From an uncultured virus (IMG/VR IMGVR_UViG_3300042314_001187) (Duplodnaviria > Heunggongvirae > Uroviricota > Caudoviricetes), in IMG/VR virus record IMGVR_UViG_3300042314_001187, positions 1-64,000 of that record: a stretch of 64,000 nt of DNA. One strand, given 5' to 3'. The position numbers and the translations under genes are program-made. This document shows positions 8,795 through 19,049 of the stretch, piece after piece; position 1 is the stretch's first letter, and every line of letters begins with the position of its first letter. The notes under the pieces are model-generated. The model was given only the letters and a program-made list of their open reading frames with translations. It made no database searches and was not told the origin of the DNA.

Positions 8795-11026
8795 ATGTCA
8801 TTTTCAGCATCAACATGTTTAAATTATGTAGGGTCATATACATTATCACCAACACTTTCCGTATACAGTAACCCAGTATCACCATCTAACTTAGGGGTGT
8901 TTGTAACAACAGTCCCAAGTTCAGAGATTACAGGTGGTAATTGTCCTTATATTTTAGTACTTCCTGATGGTACAACAACAATTAGATTATACGATATTGA
9001 TAATTTTTGTTATACCGACATACCCGTTAGTAATAATGATTTATGTGTTACTTGTGATTTAAATTTTAACAGTTACGTAACACCATCTGTTGGTAAAATT
9101 GTTGCCGGTGATATTACAGGTAGTTGTGATGCTAGTATATCCAACTATCTTATTAATTGGTATAATGTTTCAGACCCTTTAAATCCGATATTTAAATTTA
9201 GTTCAGGTAAAGGAACTATGTTTGCCCCATATCTATATACACACCCATTAGTTGGTACTTCATCACCTTTATCAACATCAGGAACTTTTGAACCAAGATT
9301 GGAAAAAATTGAACTTAACGGTGTTCTTTTCTCAAAAACTGAAATACCAGGATACATATTAGCCGAAATGGATTGTTTACCATCAATAGAAGTCACCGCT
9401 TTAAATTGTGATAATGGTGGTGATAGTTCTGATTTACCACAGTATGAACATAAATTCTTTTATTCAGCAACAACAGGTGGTATAACACCCGAACCGTTAA
9501 CCACCACCTTTGAGTTATCAGCAGGTACTAAGTATTTTCCGTGGAAATTTAAAGGTTTTTCAGTTCCAGATAAACTCAAATTAACATTTAGTGGTTCCGC
9601 ATACCCACAACCATTAATTTTAGAATATTGGGAAGTTGGTTCTGATTTAACATCAAATAATTTCAATTCAACAACGTTCCCTAAATCAGCCTCCACCGCC
9701 GAATATTTTGGTAAAGTCACAACTTTAAGTGGATTAACTGTAAATGCCGGTGACGCTATATTAATAGAAGTAACACCGTCAACCTCAACAACTCAAACAA
9801 GTTGGACATTTTATTGTGGTTGTTTGGACACAGTTAATTGCGATATATGTATACCAGATGAAGTCCCAACAGATTCAGGTAACACTTCCTACACTTGGAA
9901 AATCGTTGAGTCTACTATTTCCGTACTCGACACTAGTTGTGTTTCAATAATTGCAATGTCTCTTAGTGGTTGTAATATGTCTGAAATAACAGGAACAACA
10001 ATTTATCAATACGCCGGAAGTTTTTATAATAATGCCGGTTACGCACGAATTGATAGAACTAATAACTATATTAATTATAATGGTCCAACTCCTGATTGGG
10101 GGACAAATTCCATTTATTTCAACCAATTAACGTGTCAATATCCAACTTGGACTCAAAGCCGCTCATGTAACAACTTGGGTGAAGGTATAGATATAACATA
10201 TAATAAAACCCCAACACTATTTAAGGTAACTTCAAATAGTTTAACACCAATAACTATGATATACGATAATTATAAAAATTTTGTCGTACCATCTATATCA
10301 CCATTTTCAGGTGACAATACTAACATAGGATATTATAGATATTTTACGTTAGAATATACCACCGCAACAGGTATAACCCCTTGTGGTGACGGTATTCCTA
10401 ATAATTCGATTAATTTTCACCAAAGTTCTATAGTAACAACAGGTACAACTGGTAGTAATTACTTTATACAATTCACAATACCAATGATATCAGCAGGAAT
10501 CACATATGATGATTGTGATTTAAATTGTATCGGATACCAAAATCAATTGGTTGATTTTTACGTTAACACTTATTCAAGTTCAACATTTAATTATACAGGA
10601 ACAACAAATGTTGGTGCTATCAGAAATAACGGAATATATTTTTTTAGAAGTATGTCCTCATCTGTTTCCACACAAACAGGAGCAACCTTATCCGGTGGAT
10701 TCTATACCAGTTTCTATCAAAATTATACAATACCAGCATCGGGTACATCATACACCTTAATACCTTCGTTATCAGGAGTTACTTGCCCTAATCTTGGATT
10801 AATTACCAACAATGGTGATAGTTTAACCTCTCAAAATATTCAACGTAATTATAACTATTATTACGTATGGGAATTTTTTGACGAAACCGCAGTTGCTGAT
10901 AATTTTCGTATTTACGCACATCGAATTAATGAATCAGGAAATCTAGTTTTTCCGCGTGAAATTACTCTAGTTTACGAATACTTAAACGGAACTCTAAATT
11001 ACTCAAATTCAAACTATTTAATATAA
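8795..11026 (+). CDS. putative adhesin / receptor-binding-like protein, paralog A
   Basis: 743 aa, beta-rich, Cys-paired; paralogous along its length to 11045..13213. Confidence 0.7.
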   Translation: MSFSASTCLNYVGSYTLSPTLSVYSNPVSPSNLGVFVTTVPSSEITGGNCPYILVLPDGTTTIRLYDIDNFCYTDIPVSNNDLCVTCDLNFNSYVTPSVGKIVAGDITGSCDASISNYLINWYNVSDPLNPIFKFSSGKGTMFAPYLYTHPLVGTSSPLSTSGTFEPRLEKIELNGVLFSKTEIPGYILAEMDCLPSIEVTALNCDNGGDSSDLPQYEHKFFYSATTGGITPEPLTTTFELSAGTKYFPWKFKGFSVPDKLKLTFSGSAYPQPLILEYWEVGSDLTSNNFNSTTFPKSASTAEYFGKVTTLSGLTVNAGDAILIEVTPSTSTTQTSWTFYCGCLDTVNCDICIPDEVPTDSGNTSYTWKIVESTISVLDTSCVSIIAMSLSGCNMSEITGTTIYQYAGSFYNNAGYARIDRTNNYINYNGPTPDWGTNSIYFNQLTCQYPTWTQSRSCNNLGEGIDITYNKTPTLFKVTSNSLTPITMIYDNYKNFVVPSISPFSGDNTNIGYYRYFTLEYTTATGITPCGDGIPNNSINFHQSSIVTTGTTGSNYFIQFTIPMISAGITYDDCDLNCIGYQNQLVDFYVNTYSSSTFNYTGTTNVGAIRNNGIYFFRSMSSSVSTQTGATLSGGFYTSFYQNYTIPASGTSYTLIPSLSGVTCPNLGLITNNGDSLTSQNIQRNYNYYYVWEFFDETAVADNFRIYAHRINESGNLVFPREITLVYEYLNGTLNYSNSNYLI

Positions 11027-11044
11027 ATTTAAAATAATAACATT

Positions 11045-13213
11045 ATGTCATTTTCCGTATCGGCTTGTCTAAGTAACACGGGTACATCACCACTAGGTCC
11101 AACGTTAAGTGTTTATAGTAATCCTGTATCAACCCTAAATCCAGGAATCTTTGTTAGAACAATACCAACAACATCAATAACAGGTGCAAATTGTCCTTTC
11201 ACTTTTTTAGTTCCTGATGGTACTGAAAATATTCGTATTTTTGACCCTGTAAGTTTTTGTTATGTTGATATAGCTGTTAGTAATAATAATGTTTGTTACA
11301 CTTGTACATTAGGATTAAGTGGTGTTACCAATAACTTAACTTCACTTATTAACGTGAATGGTTTATCCGGAACTTGTGATAATGACATAAGTAACTTCGT
11401 AATTGATTGGTATGGCCCAGCCCCTTCAACTAGTTTAGCATTTACATCAGGTAAAGGTACGTTATTTTCAGGTGAATACCAATATACCCACCCTATAAAT
11501 AATGTAAACTCACCAATCTTAATTGACGGTACTTACACCTCAAGAATTAGAAAAGTCGAACTAAATGGTGTTAAATTTTCTTCAACGGGAGGTACAGGTA
11601 ACATAATTTCTTGTAATTTAACAGGTTGTTCGAGTAGTGTTATTGTTTCACCTTATAATTGTAATAACGGAACCGGAGGTCCTGACCCACTATATACTCA
11701 TTATAAAGAATTCGTATATACTGATAGTAGTATAGCACCTGATTCATTATCCGCAGTTTTCGTTATAAACTCAACAACAAAAGCATTTATTTGGAAATTT
11801 GAGGGTTTAAGTATATATGACACTCTTAAATTAACCTTTGTAGGTAGCTCTTACCCTCAACCAATTTTACTTGAGGAAATTAGGGTTGGTGATGACGCAG
11901 GAAGTGTCGATTTTACCCCAACTACTTGGCCTAAATTATATTATTACACTAATTTTAAAAAAATAACCGTATTAACAGGATTAACGGTAAATAATAACGA
12001 TAAAATAATTATTAATGTCACACCTAACCCAAGTAATAATTCAACTACTTGGAAATACTCCTTTGGTTGTTCAACGTTACCTACCGCAACTAAAACTTGT
12101 TTAGATTCATATCGAAACAAACCTTATAAAATTAAAGCATCAACTATTCAAATATTAGGACCTGATACTTGTGGTAAATACAAAGTCAATTATTCTGTCA
12201 GTGGTTGTAGTGTTAATGAAACTACAGGTTTTACCGAATCTACATTAGTTAAACTCAACACAAGTTCAATTTTTAATAACATAGCAACCGATAATACCAC
12301 CAAATTACTTGGTTTAGACACAGGTTATTCATTATATGACAATTTTAACGAAATAACAAGTTGTGGTCCGGGTCGTTCAGGTGTATGTGTTAACATTCCA
12401 GGTCAACAAATAAAAGTTGTTAAAACCGCAACAACAAAGGTTGAAATTTACTTTACTAGTTTGTCGGATTTAAACGTATATTACACTGATTGGTCGGCAG
12501 CTCAAGCATCAATAGTCGCGTCTTGTGGTGCATACTCAAGTAATAGTTTAACATACAGTTATTATAAATTCATAAGATTATCAGTCTATAACGGAACACC
12601 AACTTGTGGTGACTCAACACCAAGTTATGAAGAATTGGAATTCCATTATTCTTCAGTAATTAGTTCAGGTAACACAACTCCATACCCAGGATTTAATTAC
12701 TATATGTATATTACAACACCGTTAATTTCTAATAACTACGTTTGTCCTAACACTTGTTCTAATTGTAATAACCAAAACTTAGCCATCAACGCAAACGCAA
12801 CTAGAAATTTAACAGGTTACATTCGTAACGTAACAGGCTATAGACGAACAACACCATTTACTGACGTTAATGGTTTAAAATCACAAACAAGTACCAGAAC
12901 CAACTCATCATTTACAGGTAGTTTAGTTATTTACAATACTTATTCTAACCTCACATACCCAGCATCAGGTTTTACTAACACACTAATACCTTCGTTATCA
13001 GGTAGAACTTGGGATTGGGAAAATCATACATATCAATCAGGTAATAATTACGCACAAACAGTATTTTCACATAATGTTGTTGTTACAAGTTGGTCACCAT
13101 TACAATATAAAATACAAGCACAACAAATTTCAAATTTTGACACAACAGGTAATTATATTGATGTGTGGAGTAGTACTGCCGGTATTATAAATTCAACTTA
13201 TGTTTATCCTTAA
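11045..13213 (+). CDS. putative adhesin / receptor-binding-like protein, paralog B
   Basis: 722 aa; shares PTLSVYSNPVS, SGKGT, ELNGV.FS, LKLTF.GS.YPQP and LIPSLSG with paralog A. Confidence 0.7.
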   Translation: MSFSVSACLSNTGTSPLGPTLSVYSNPVSTLNPGIFVRTIPTTSITGANCPFTFLVPDGTENIRIFDPVSFCYVDIAVSNNNVCYTCTLGLSGVTNNLTSLINVNGLSGTCDNDISNFVIDWYGPAPSTSLAFTSGKGTLFSGEYQYTHPINNVNSPILIDGTYTSRIRKVELNGVKFSSTGGTGNIISCNLTGCSSSVIVSPYNCNNGTGGPDPLYTHYKEFVYTDSSIAPDSLSAVFVINSTTKAFIWKFEGLSIYDTLKLTFVGSSYPQPILLEEIRVGDDAGSVDFTPTTWPKLYYYTNFKKITVLTGLTVNNNDKIIINVTPNPSNNSTTWKYSFGCSTLPTATKTCLDSYRNKPYKIKASTIQILGPDTCGKYKVNYSVSGCSVNETTGFTESTLVKLNTSSIFNNIATDNTTKLLGLDTGYSLYDNFNEITSCGPGRSGVCVNIPGQQIKVVKTATTKVEIYFTSLSDLNVYYTDWSAAQASIVASCGAYSSNSLTYSYYKFIRLSVYNGTPTCGDSTPSYEELEFHYSSVISSGNTTPYPGFNYYMYITTPLISNNYVCPNTCSNCNNQNLAINANATRNLTGYIRNVTGYRRTTPFTDVNGLKSQTSTRTNSSFTGSLVIYNTYSNLTYPASGFTNTLIPSLSGRTWDWENHTYQSGNNYAQTVFSHNVVVTSWSPLQYKIQAQQISNFDTTGNYIDVWSSTAGIINSTYVYP

Positions 13214-13236
13214 TTTTAAATAAATCAACTTTGAAA

Positions 13237-13243
13237 TATTTAT
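13237..13243 (+). promoter_or_regulatory. TATTTAT putative late promoter element
   Basis: 13 nt upstream of ATG 13257. Confidence 0.45.
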
Positions 13244-13256
13244 TATTAAATATATT

Positions 13257-15896
13257 ATGACATCAATTCAGATTACAGATATTACAGGATTATCATTCCC
13301 ATATAATATATATGTATGTGACGTATTCGGTAATCAATGTATCTTAGTTGCAACAGTTGACACAAACATACCTCCGACTAATCAAATATATTTACCCCCA
13401 TTATTTAACACCGCACCTGCCGTTGGTGTTAGAATAATTTCACACGATTGTGAAAGATTTGAAATAGTTTATTGTTACTTAGTATTAACCAAAACACCAA
13501 CCCCTACCCCAACAATCACTCCTACAGTTACACCATCAAATACTCAAACACCAACAGTTACACCTACGTATACACAAACACCAACAGTTACACCTACGTA
13601 TACACAAACACCAACTCAAACCAATACTATTACACCAACTAATACGGAGACACCAACACAAACACCAACCCCAACTAACACAATTACACCGACTAATACT
13701 GAAACTCAAACACAAACTCCTACTCAAACTAATACTATCACACCAACTAATACTGAAACTCCAACACAAACCCCTACACCAACTAATACTATCACACCAA
13801 CTAATACGGAGACACCAACACAAACACCAACGAATACTATTACACCTACGAACACAGAAACACCAACACAAACTCCGACCAACACAATTACCCCAACAAA
13901 TACAATTACACCTACGAACACTGAAACACCAACTCAAACTCCAACTAACACAATTACCCCAACAAATACAATTACACCTACGAACACAGAAACACCAACT
14001 CAAACGCCGACTAACACAATAACATCAACTAACACTGAAACTCCAACACAAACTCCAACAGTAACTGAAACACCAACTCAAACTCCAACAAATACGATAA
14101 CATCAACTAATACTGAAACACCAACTCAAACTCCAACAAATACGATAACATCAACTAATACTGAAACACCAACTCAAACTCCAACTAACACAATAACCCC
14201 AACTGTTACTGAAACTCCAACTCAAACACCAACAAATACAATAACATCAACTAATACTGAGACACCAACACAAACACCAACAAATACAATAACATCAACT
14301 AATACTGAGACACCAACACAAACTCCGACCAACACAATTACCCCAACAAATACAATTACACCTACGAACACTGAAACCCCAACACAAACGCCGACTAACA
14401 CTGAAACTCCAACACAAACGCCTACAAATACAATTACACCTACGAACACTGAAACCCCAACTCAAACACCGACTAATACGATAACATCAACTAATACTGA
14501 GACACCAACACAAACCCCAACGAATACTATAACTCCAACGAATACTATTACACCCACGAACACTGAAACACCAACTCAAACACCAACAAATACAATTACA
14601 CCTACGAACACTGAAACCCCAACTCAAACACCAACTAATACGATAACATCAACTAATACTGAAACCCCAACACAAACACCAACTAACACAATTACACCTA
14701 CGAACACAGAAACCCCAACTCAAACACCAACTAACACAATTACACCTACGAACACAGAAACCCCAACTCAAACACCAACAAATACAATTACACCAACTAA
14801 TACAGAAACCCCAACACAAACACCAACGAATACTATTACACCAACGAATACAGAAACTCCAACCCAAACTCCAACAAATACAATTACACCAACGAATACA
14901 GAAACTCCAACCCAAACACCAACTAACACAATAACATCAACTGTTACGGAAACTCCAACCCAAACACCAACTAACACAATTACACCAACTAACACTGAAA
15001 CACCTACAAATACCCCAACACCAACTAACACAATTACACCAACTAACACCGAAACACCCACAAATACCCCTACACCAACTAACACAATTACCCCTACTAA
15101 TACTATCACCCAAACCCCTACTAATACTATCACTCAAACACCTACAAATACTATCACCCAAACACCAACAAACACAGAAACTCCGACTCAAACGCCAACA
15201 AATACAATAACACCGACAAATACAATAACATCAACAGTAACTAAAACACCTACCCAAACGCCAACAAATACAATAACACCAACACCAACAACTATTTATG
15301 TTATTGCCGAAGCATACCCTTGTTGTGGGACATACGTCACATATGATGTTATTAGTATTCCTATCACATATGCCGGAGTTGACGCTAATTATGTTGTTGT
15401 CGCAACTAATGGATATTGTTATAAAGTTGGGACATATCCAGCAATAGGTTCACCAACCATTGTTTGGGATAACACTAAACCTGTTTACCCTCAAGTTGAT
15501 GGTGATTTTGATTGCTTATCTTGTACTTCATCAAACCCTTGTCCAACACCGACACCAACACCAACAACAACCAATACTCAAACACCGACAAGAACTGTAA
15601 CTCCGACTAACACCATCACACCAACTAACACCATCACACCAACTAACACTGTTACCCCAACAAATAGTATTACACCAACAAATAGTATTACACCAACTAA
15701 CACACAAACCCCAACAAATAGTATAACACCAACTAACACACAAACCCCATCATACACACCAAGTCAAACCCCATCATACACACCTTCAAGTACACCAACA
15801 CCAACACCTACAACATTGACAGGTAATTTATTATTACTACAGACAGGTGATTACATTATACTACAAGACGGTACAGGATTTATAGAATTACAATAA
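13257..15896 (+). CDS. mucin/extensin-like Thr/Pro-repeat protein, putative virion fibre
   Basis: 879 aa: ~75-aa N-domain, ~600 aa of TNTITPTNTETPTQTP-type repeats, Cys-rich module, second T/P tract, C-terminal LLLQTGDYIILQDG motif. Confidence 0.85.
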   Translation: MTSIQITDITGLSFPYNIYVCDVFGNQCILVATVDTNIPPTNQIYLPPLFNTAPAVGVRIISHDCERFEIVYCYLVLTKTPTPTPTITPTVTPSNTQTPTVTPTYTQTPTVTPTYTQTPTQTNTITPTNTETPTQTPTPTNTITPTNTETQTQTPTQTNTITPTNTETPTQTPTPTNTITPTNTETPTQTPTNTITPTNTETPTQTPTNTITPTNTITPTNTETPTQTPTNTITPTNTITPTNTETPTQTPTNTITSTNTETPTQTPTVTETPTQTPTNTITSTNTETPTQTPTNTITSTNTETPTQTPTNTITPTVTETPTQTPTNTITSTNTETPTQTPTNTITSTNTETPTQTPTNTITPTNTITPTNTETPTQTPTNTETPTQTPTNTITPTNTETPTQTPTNTITSTNTETPTQTPTNTITPTNTITPTNTETPTQTPTNTITPTNTETPTQTPTNTITSTNTETPTQTPTNTITPTNTETPTQTPTNTITPTNTETPTQTPTNTITPTNTETPTQTPTNTITPTNTETPTQTPTNTITPTNTETPTQTPTNTITSTVTETPTQTPTNTITPTNTETPTNTPTPTNTITPTNTETPTNTPTPTNTITPTNTITQTPTNTITQTPTNTITQTPTNTETPTQTPTNTITPTNTITSTVTKTPTQTPTNTITPTPTTIYVIAEAYPCCGTYVTYDVISIPITYAGVDANYVVVATNGYCYKVGTYPAIGSPTIVWDNTKPVYPQVDGDFDCLSCTSSNPCPTPTPTPTTTNTQTPTRTVTPTNTITPTNTITPTNTVTPTNSITPTNSITPTNTQTPTNSITPTNTQTPSYTPSQTPSYTPSSTPTPTPTTLTGNLLLLQTGDYIILQDGTGFIELQ
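13490..15290 (+). repeat. coding tandem repeat, ~48-bp (16-codon) imperfect unit
   Basis: Roughly 30+ imperfect copies encoding TNTITPTNTETPTQTP, with third-position variation and A/C-rich, G-poor composition. Confidence 0.9.
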
Positions 15897-15949
15897 TTTT
15901 TTATTATATTTGTTATGTAAAACATTTCCTAATTACAAAACAAAAGGGC

Positions 15950-15985
15950 ATAAAAAAAGGGAAGTTTTATCTTCCCTTTTTTTAT
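15950..15985. terminator. bidirectional intrinsic terminator
   Basis: ATAAAAAAAGGGAAG-TTTTAT-CTTCCCTTTTTTTAT between convergent genes. Confidence 0.85.
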
Positions 15986-15997
15986 TATTAAAATAAT

Positions 15998-16597
15998 TTA
16001 CCAAATTTTAAGTTGTTTCATAAATCCTAAAACACAACAATAAGCATCTGTTTGGTCAAAATTTTCTTTTTTCAATGTATTATTTTTAGTATATAACCAC
16101 TGTATCTGTGGTTCTCGTTTTGCAACCTTTTCCCAAACAATCATTTTCTTATCAATATCTTTAGGTAACCCACCAAATAGAACAAATTTACCTTTATCAT
16201 TTTCTTGAACTAATTCAGGAAAAGCATTTTTTCTTGACTCATATGTTGAAATGAAATCCGGTATAATACCTAATGTGTCGTAAATTACTTTACAAACAAA
16301 ACTATTAAATCTTAATAACGTTTGAACTGTTCGGATATTATTTGAATTTAATAATGGTTCTTCTATTATTATTTTAGTAATTCCTAATCCTTTATATTGT
16401 TCTAACTTTGTTTTAAAAATGTCACTTTTAAGTAACAATTCCTTAATTTTACACTCTTCTTTTGGTTTTGGGACTGGCGATATGTGTGTCAATTCTAACA
16501 AATCACCACTTTTAATTTCGAACAACGCCCATCCAATAGTTTTTGTTGAGATATCAAGTCCCAATACTTTGGGACTTTCTTTTAAAGTTTTTCTCAT
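15998..16597 (-). CDS. RuvC-like Holliday junction resolvase (RNase H fold)
   Basis: VLGLDISTKTIGWA, IIIEEP, DQTDAY acidic motifs; start moved to 16597 (TAA-T-ATG after the upstream gene). Confidence 0.8.
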   Translation of the reverse strand: MRKTLKESPKVLGLDISTKTIGWALFEIKSGDLLELTHISPVPKPKEECKIKELLLKSDIFKTKLEQYKGLGITKIIIEEPLLNSNNIRTVQTLLRFNSFVCKVIYDTLGIIPDFISTYESRKNAFPELVQENDKGKFVLFGGLPKDIDKKMIVWEKVAKREPQIQWLYTKNNTLKKENFDQTDAYCCVLGFMKQLKIW

Positions 16598-16598
16598 A

Positions 16599-19031
16599 TT
16601 AAAAATCAAATTTAATTAAAAACTGTTGAATCCCTTGTCTTAAAACGGGAGACTGTAGTTTTGATACAATCATAAGATTTTTATCAGAATCGTAAAGACC
16701 AAGTTCAGTAATATATGGTTTTGTTCCCGTATTCCACGTAGGATTTGATGAGGTCTGAAATTCAGAGTTAGATAAATTCAGTTTATAGACCATTTCATAT
16801 ATGGTCGCTTGTATATCAGTTTCTAAAGACCCATAGAAATAATATTCATCACCAAAGTTTAATTGTAGTCCCGTAGAACCTTCCTGTGTAATATCAATAT
16901 AATCACCTAAATCATAAATATCATTTACCGCAGCATCATACAATTCTTTAGTAATAACAAATGTACTACCAGTAATTGCATCCTGAGTAATGTAACCATT
17001 GATTGTATTTGCACTTAAAACATCAGTCATATCAATAACCCTCCAACTATCAGATTGTGGTCGATTACCTGTTGTAACTTTTTGACAAATAATTTCAATT
17101 TTTTCAGCAAAAAATCCTTGTTTAAACGTATCTTCGTAATAATCCAAACAAGGGAAACCTGTACTAAATCTAACACCAACATTCTCAGAGTTTGAAGGGT
17201 TACAAACAACATCAGGTCCGGTTATTTTTGTATAATAATTACAATGTAATGAATTTGTAAATGCCGTTGTATTTGTAAACCTATACGTAACAAACATAGT
17301 CTCATTTGAATTTGTTAAAACACCTAATGAACTACCTAAACTATTACAAGTGTTAGGTGTTGATAAAAATAATTTAGGTGCCGGTAAAGTCCAATTTCGA
17401 TTTGATTTATAAGACATTGCAGCCAATAATTCTTCGTCATCTATAATGATAATCCTATCATCAGGGAAGACTTTTCCAACTCTGTTAGGATAACCATCAG
17501 GATTTATATTTGTATCCCATAAATGATAATATCTAATACCCGGTGAATTCATATCCTCATTCTTAGTTGATTGTATATATCGTTCTTGAAATAACACAAC
17601 ACTAGGGTCTTCAAACCCTGGAGGGTCAACCCAAAAAGTTTCACCCATACAACATTCAGGATTTTTATGCCACATTAACCAAGGCAAATGTAATTTAAAA
17701 TTCCTTGCTTGTCCCGTAGTATCATAAGGAGCCGTTGGGTCATATGGTTGTAACGCGAATTTTTCCCCATAGAATAAATCAATTGTTTGATTTGTATAAT
17801 GAATTATACCAATCGCCTTTTGTTCTTCAGGTTCAACTTTAACAATTTCCGCAAATGAATTGTAATAATACGTATCCGTAGTTTCTGCACTAAATTGATT
17901 ACTTATGAAAAAAGTTTGTCCACTATTTGACATATAACCCAAATATTCTTTAGTTCCCAAATAATTAACCGAACCAAATTGTGGGTAATCTTTATAAACA
18001 CCCGAATCTAATCCAGCTAAATTTTCAGACCAAGGAATATTCATATTCCAAACTTTAACGTCAAACTCATCTTGAGAACAAACCGATTCAAAATTAATGA
18101 TATCATCATTATAATGATTCAATGGAGTTATACTATCATATAAATCAGTCATTTTTTTAGGATAAACCAACGCCCTCGCATAACAACTCACGAATGTAAT
18201 ATTTGAAAAGTCAGGAGTAGTTCTATCTAACGTTATTTTATTACCACACACATCAACTATCCTATACGTTAATATTGAATAACAAGACGCCATTGACATC
18301 ACACATTCAGTTTTTAATGGTGCCGGTGTTGGGTCGGGACAATAAGATGCCGAAGGTGATGGTGTAGGTGTAGGTGACGCACAAGGACTACCTGGTGATG
18401 GTGGTGCCGATGGGGTTGGTGTTGGTGTTGAGTACATACTCGGTGTTGGTGTTGGTGTTGGTAAATTTTCACACCCACAATTTGACGCACCTAAATTATC
18501 TATGTATAACGTAATAAAATCACCCCTTTCAAATTGAGTATACTGAACGGGATTACAAGAGTCATTTAATAATTGTAGTGTCGTCCCACCTGTAAAACTA
18601 GACATATTAACAACATAATTTGATGTTTTAACATAATCATTACCAGTTGATGCACTCCAACTAGTTGGTAAAACACTTGTATCACCTGTGAAAAAACCTC
18701 TCATAGCCGCAGTATTATAAATTGGACTTATAACAGAATCCATATATGGTATACCATAAGTGTTTCCATTATTACCATCAACATAATACGGATATTTAAC
18801 GTTTTGTTTATTCGATTCAGGAACACCACTAGAATTCTGAGCGTTAAAACCTGATTCTAATATCATAGTATTACTGATTAAATAATTCGAGGGTAATGTG
18901 TTATACAACATTTCACTATCCCCTACTTGGAAAAAACTAATATTAAACTTACCTTGTGACAACATTTGTCTTGCGGTATCTGTTAATTTACTATTTATTA
19001 ATCCTGTTGTATTTTTTAAAATATATCCCAT
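16599..19031 (-). CDS. virion structural protein; tail-fibre-anchor (P2 gpH N-terminal/DUF3751-like) halves at both ends, internal Pro/Thr/Ser tract
   Basis: N-term KLTDTARQMLSQGKFNISFFQVGDS; C-term ITELGLYDSDKNLMIVSKLQSP; internal PTPTPSAPPSPGSP. Confidence 0.6.
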   Translation of the reverse strand: MGYILKNTTGLINSKLTDTARQMLSQGKFNISFFQVGDSEMLYNTLPSNYLISNTMILESGFNAQNSSGVPESNKQNVKYPYYVDGNNGNTYGIPYMDSVISPIYNTAAMRGFFTGDTSVLPTSWSASTGNDYVKTSNYVVNMSSFTGGTTLQLLNDSCNPVQYTQFERGDFITLYIDNLGASNCGCENLPTPTPTPSMYSTPTPTPSAPPSPGSPCASPTPTPSPSASYCPDPTPAPLKTECVMSMASCYSILTYRIVDVCGNKITLDRTTPDFSNITFVSCYARALVYPKKMTDLYDSITPLNHYNDDIINFESVCSQDEFDVKVWNMNIPWSENLAGLDSGVYKDYPQFGSVNYLGTKEYLGYMSNSGQTFFISNQFSAETTDTYYYNSFAEIVKVEPEEQKAIGIIHYTNQTIDLFYGEKFALQPYDPTAPYDTTGQARNFKLHLPWLMWHKNPECCMGETFWVDPPGFEDPSVVLFQERYIQSTKNEDMNSPGIRYYHLWDTNINPDGYPNRVGKVFPDDRIIIIDDEELLAAMSYKSNRNWTLPAPKLFLSTPNTCNSLGSSLGVLTNSNETMFVTYRFTNTTAFTNSLHCNYYTKITGPDVVCNPSNSENVGVRFSTGFPCLDYYEDTFKQGFFAEKIEIICQKVTTGNRPQSDSWRVIDMTDVLSANTINGYITQDAITGSTFVITKELYDAAVNDIYDLGDYIDITQEGSTGLQLNFGDEYYFYGSLETDIQATIYEMVYKLNLSNSEFQTSSNPTWNTGTKPYITELGLYDSDKNLMIVSKLQSPVLRQGIQQFLIKFDF

Positions 19032-19049
19032 TTTTTATTTTTTTTATTT

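Noticed and set aside
8795..13213. Diversity-generating retroelement TR/VR pair
   Set aside because: Differences between the paralogs are not adenine-specific and no reverse transcriptase is in the window
13490..15290. Possible CRISPR array
   Set aside because: Contiguous in-frame coding repeats with no unique spacers and no cas genes
13536..15743. Minus-strand Val/Gly- and Cys/Trp-rich ORFs (also 7876..8241) and the plus-strand Asn/Thr alternative-frame ORF 8437..8721
   Set aside because: Shadow frames of the T/P coding repeats; staying open is expected from the repeat composition
7333..15917. Invertible element defined by imperfect inverted repeats (CATAAC...TAATAA) at the island ends
   Set aside because: Short, gapped, AT-rich match; no recombinase nearby
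15905..15920. Bacteroidota-type -7 promoter TATATTTG followed by ATG TAA
   Set aside because: Single occurrence, no -33 element, no downstream gene before the terminator
15998..16597. TnpB/Cas12-type RuvC effector
   Set aside because: Only ~200 aa, no zinc finger or REC region, no array or transposon ends; fits a resolvase
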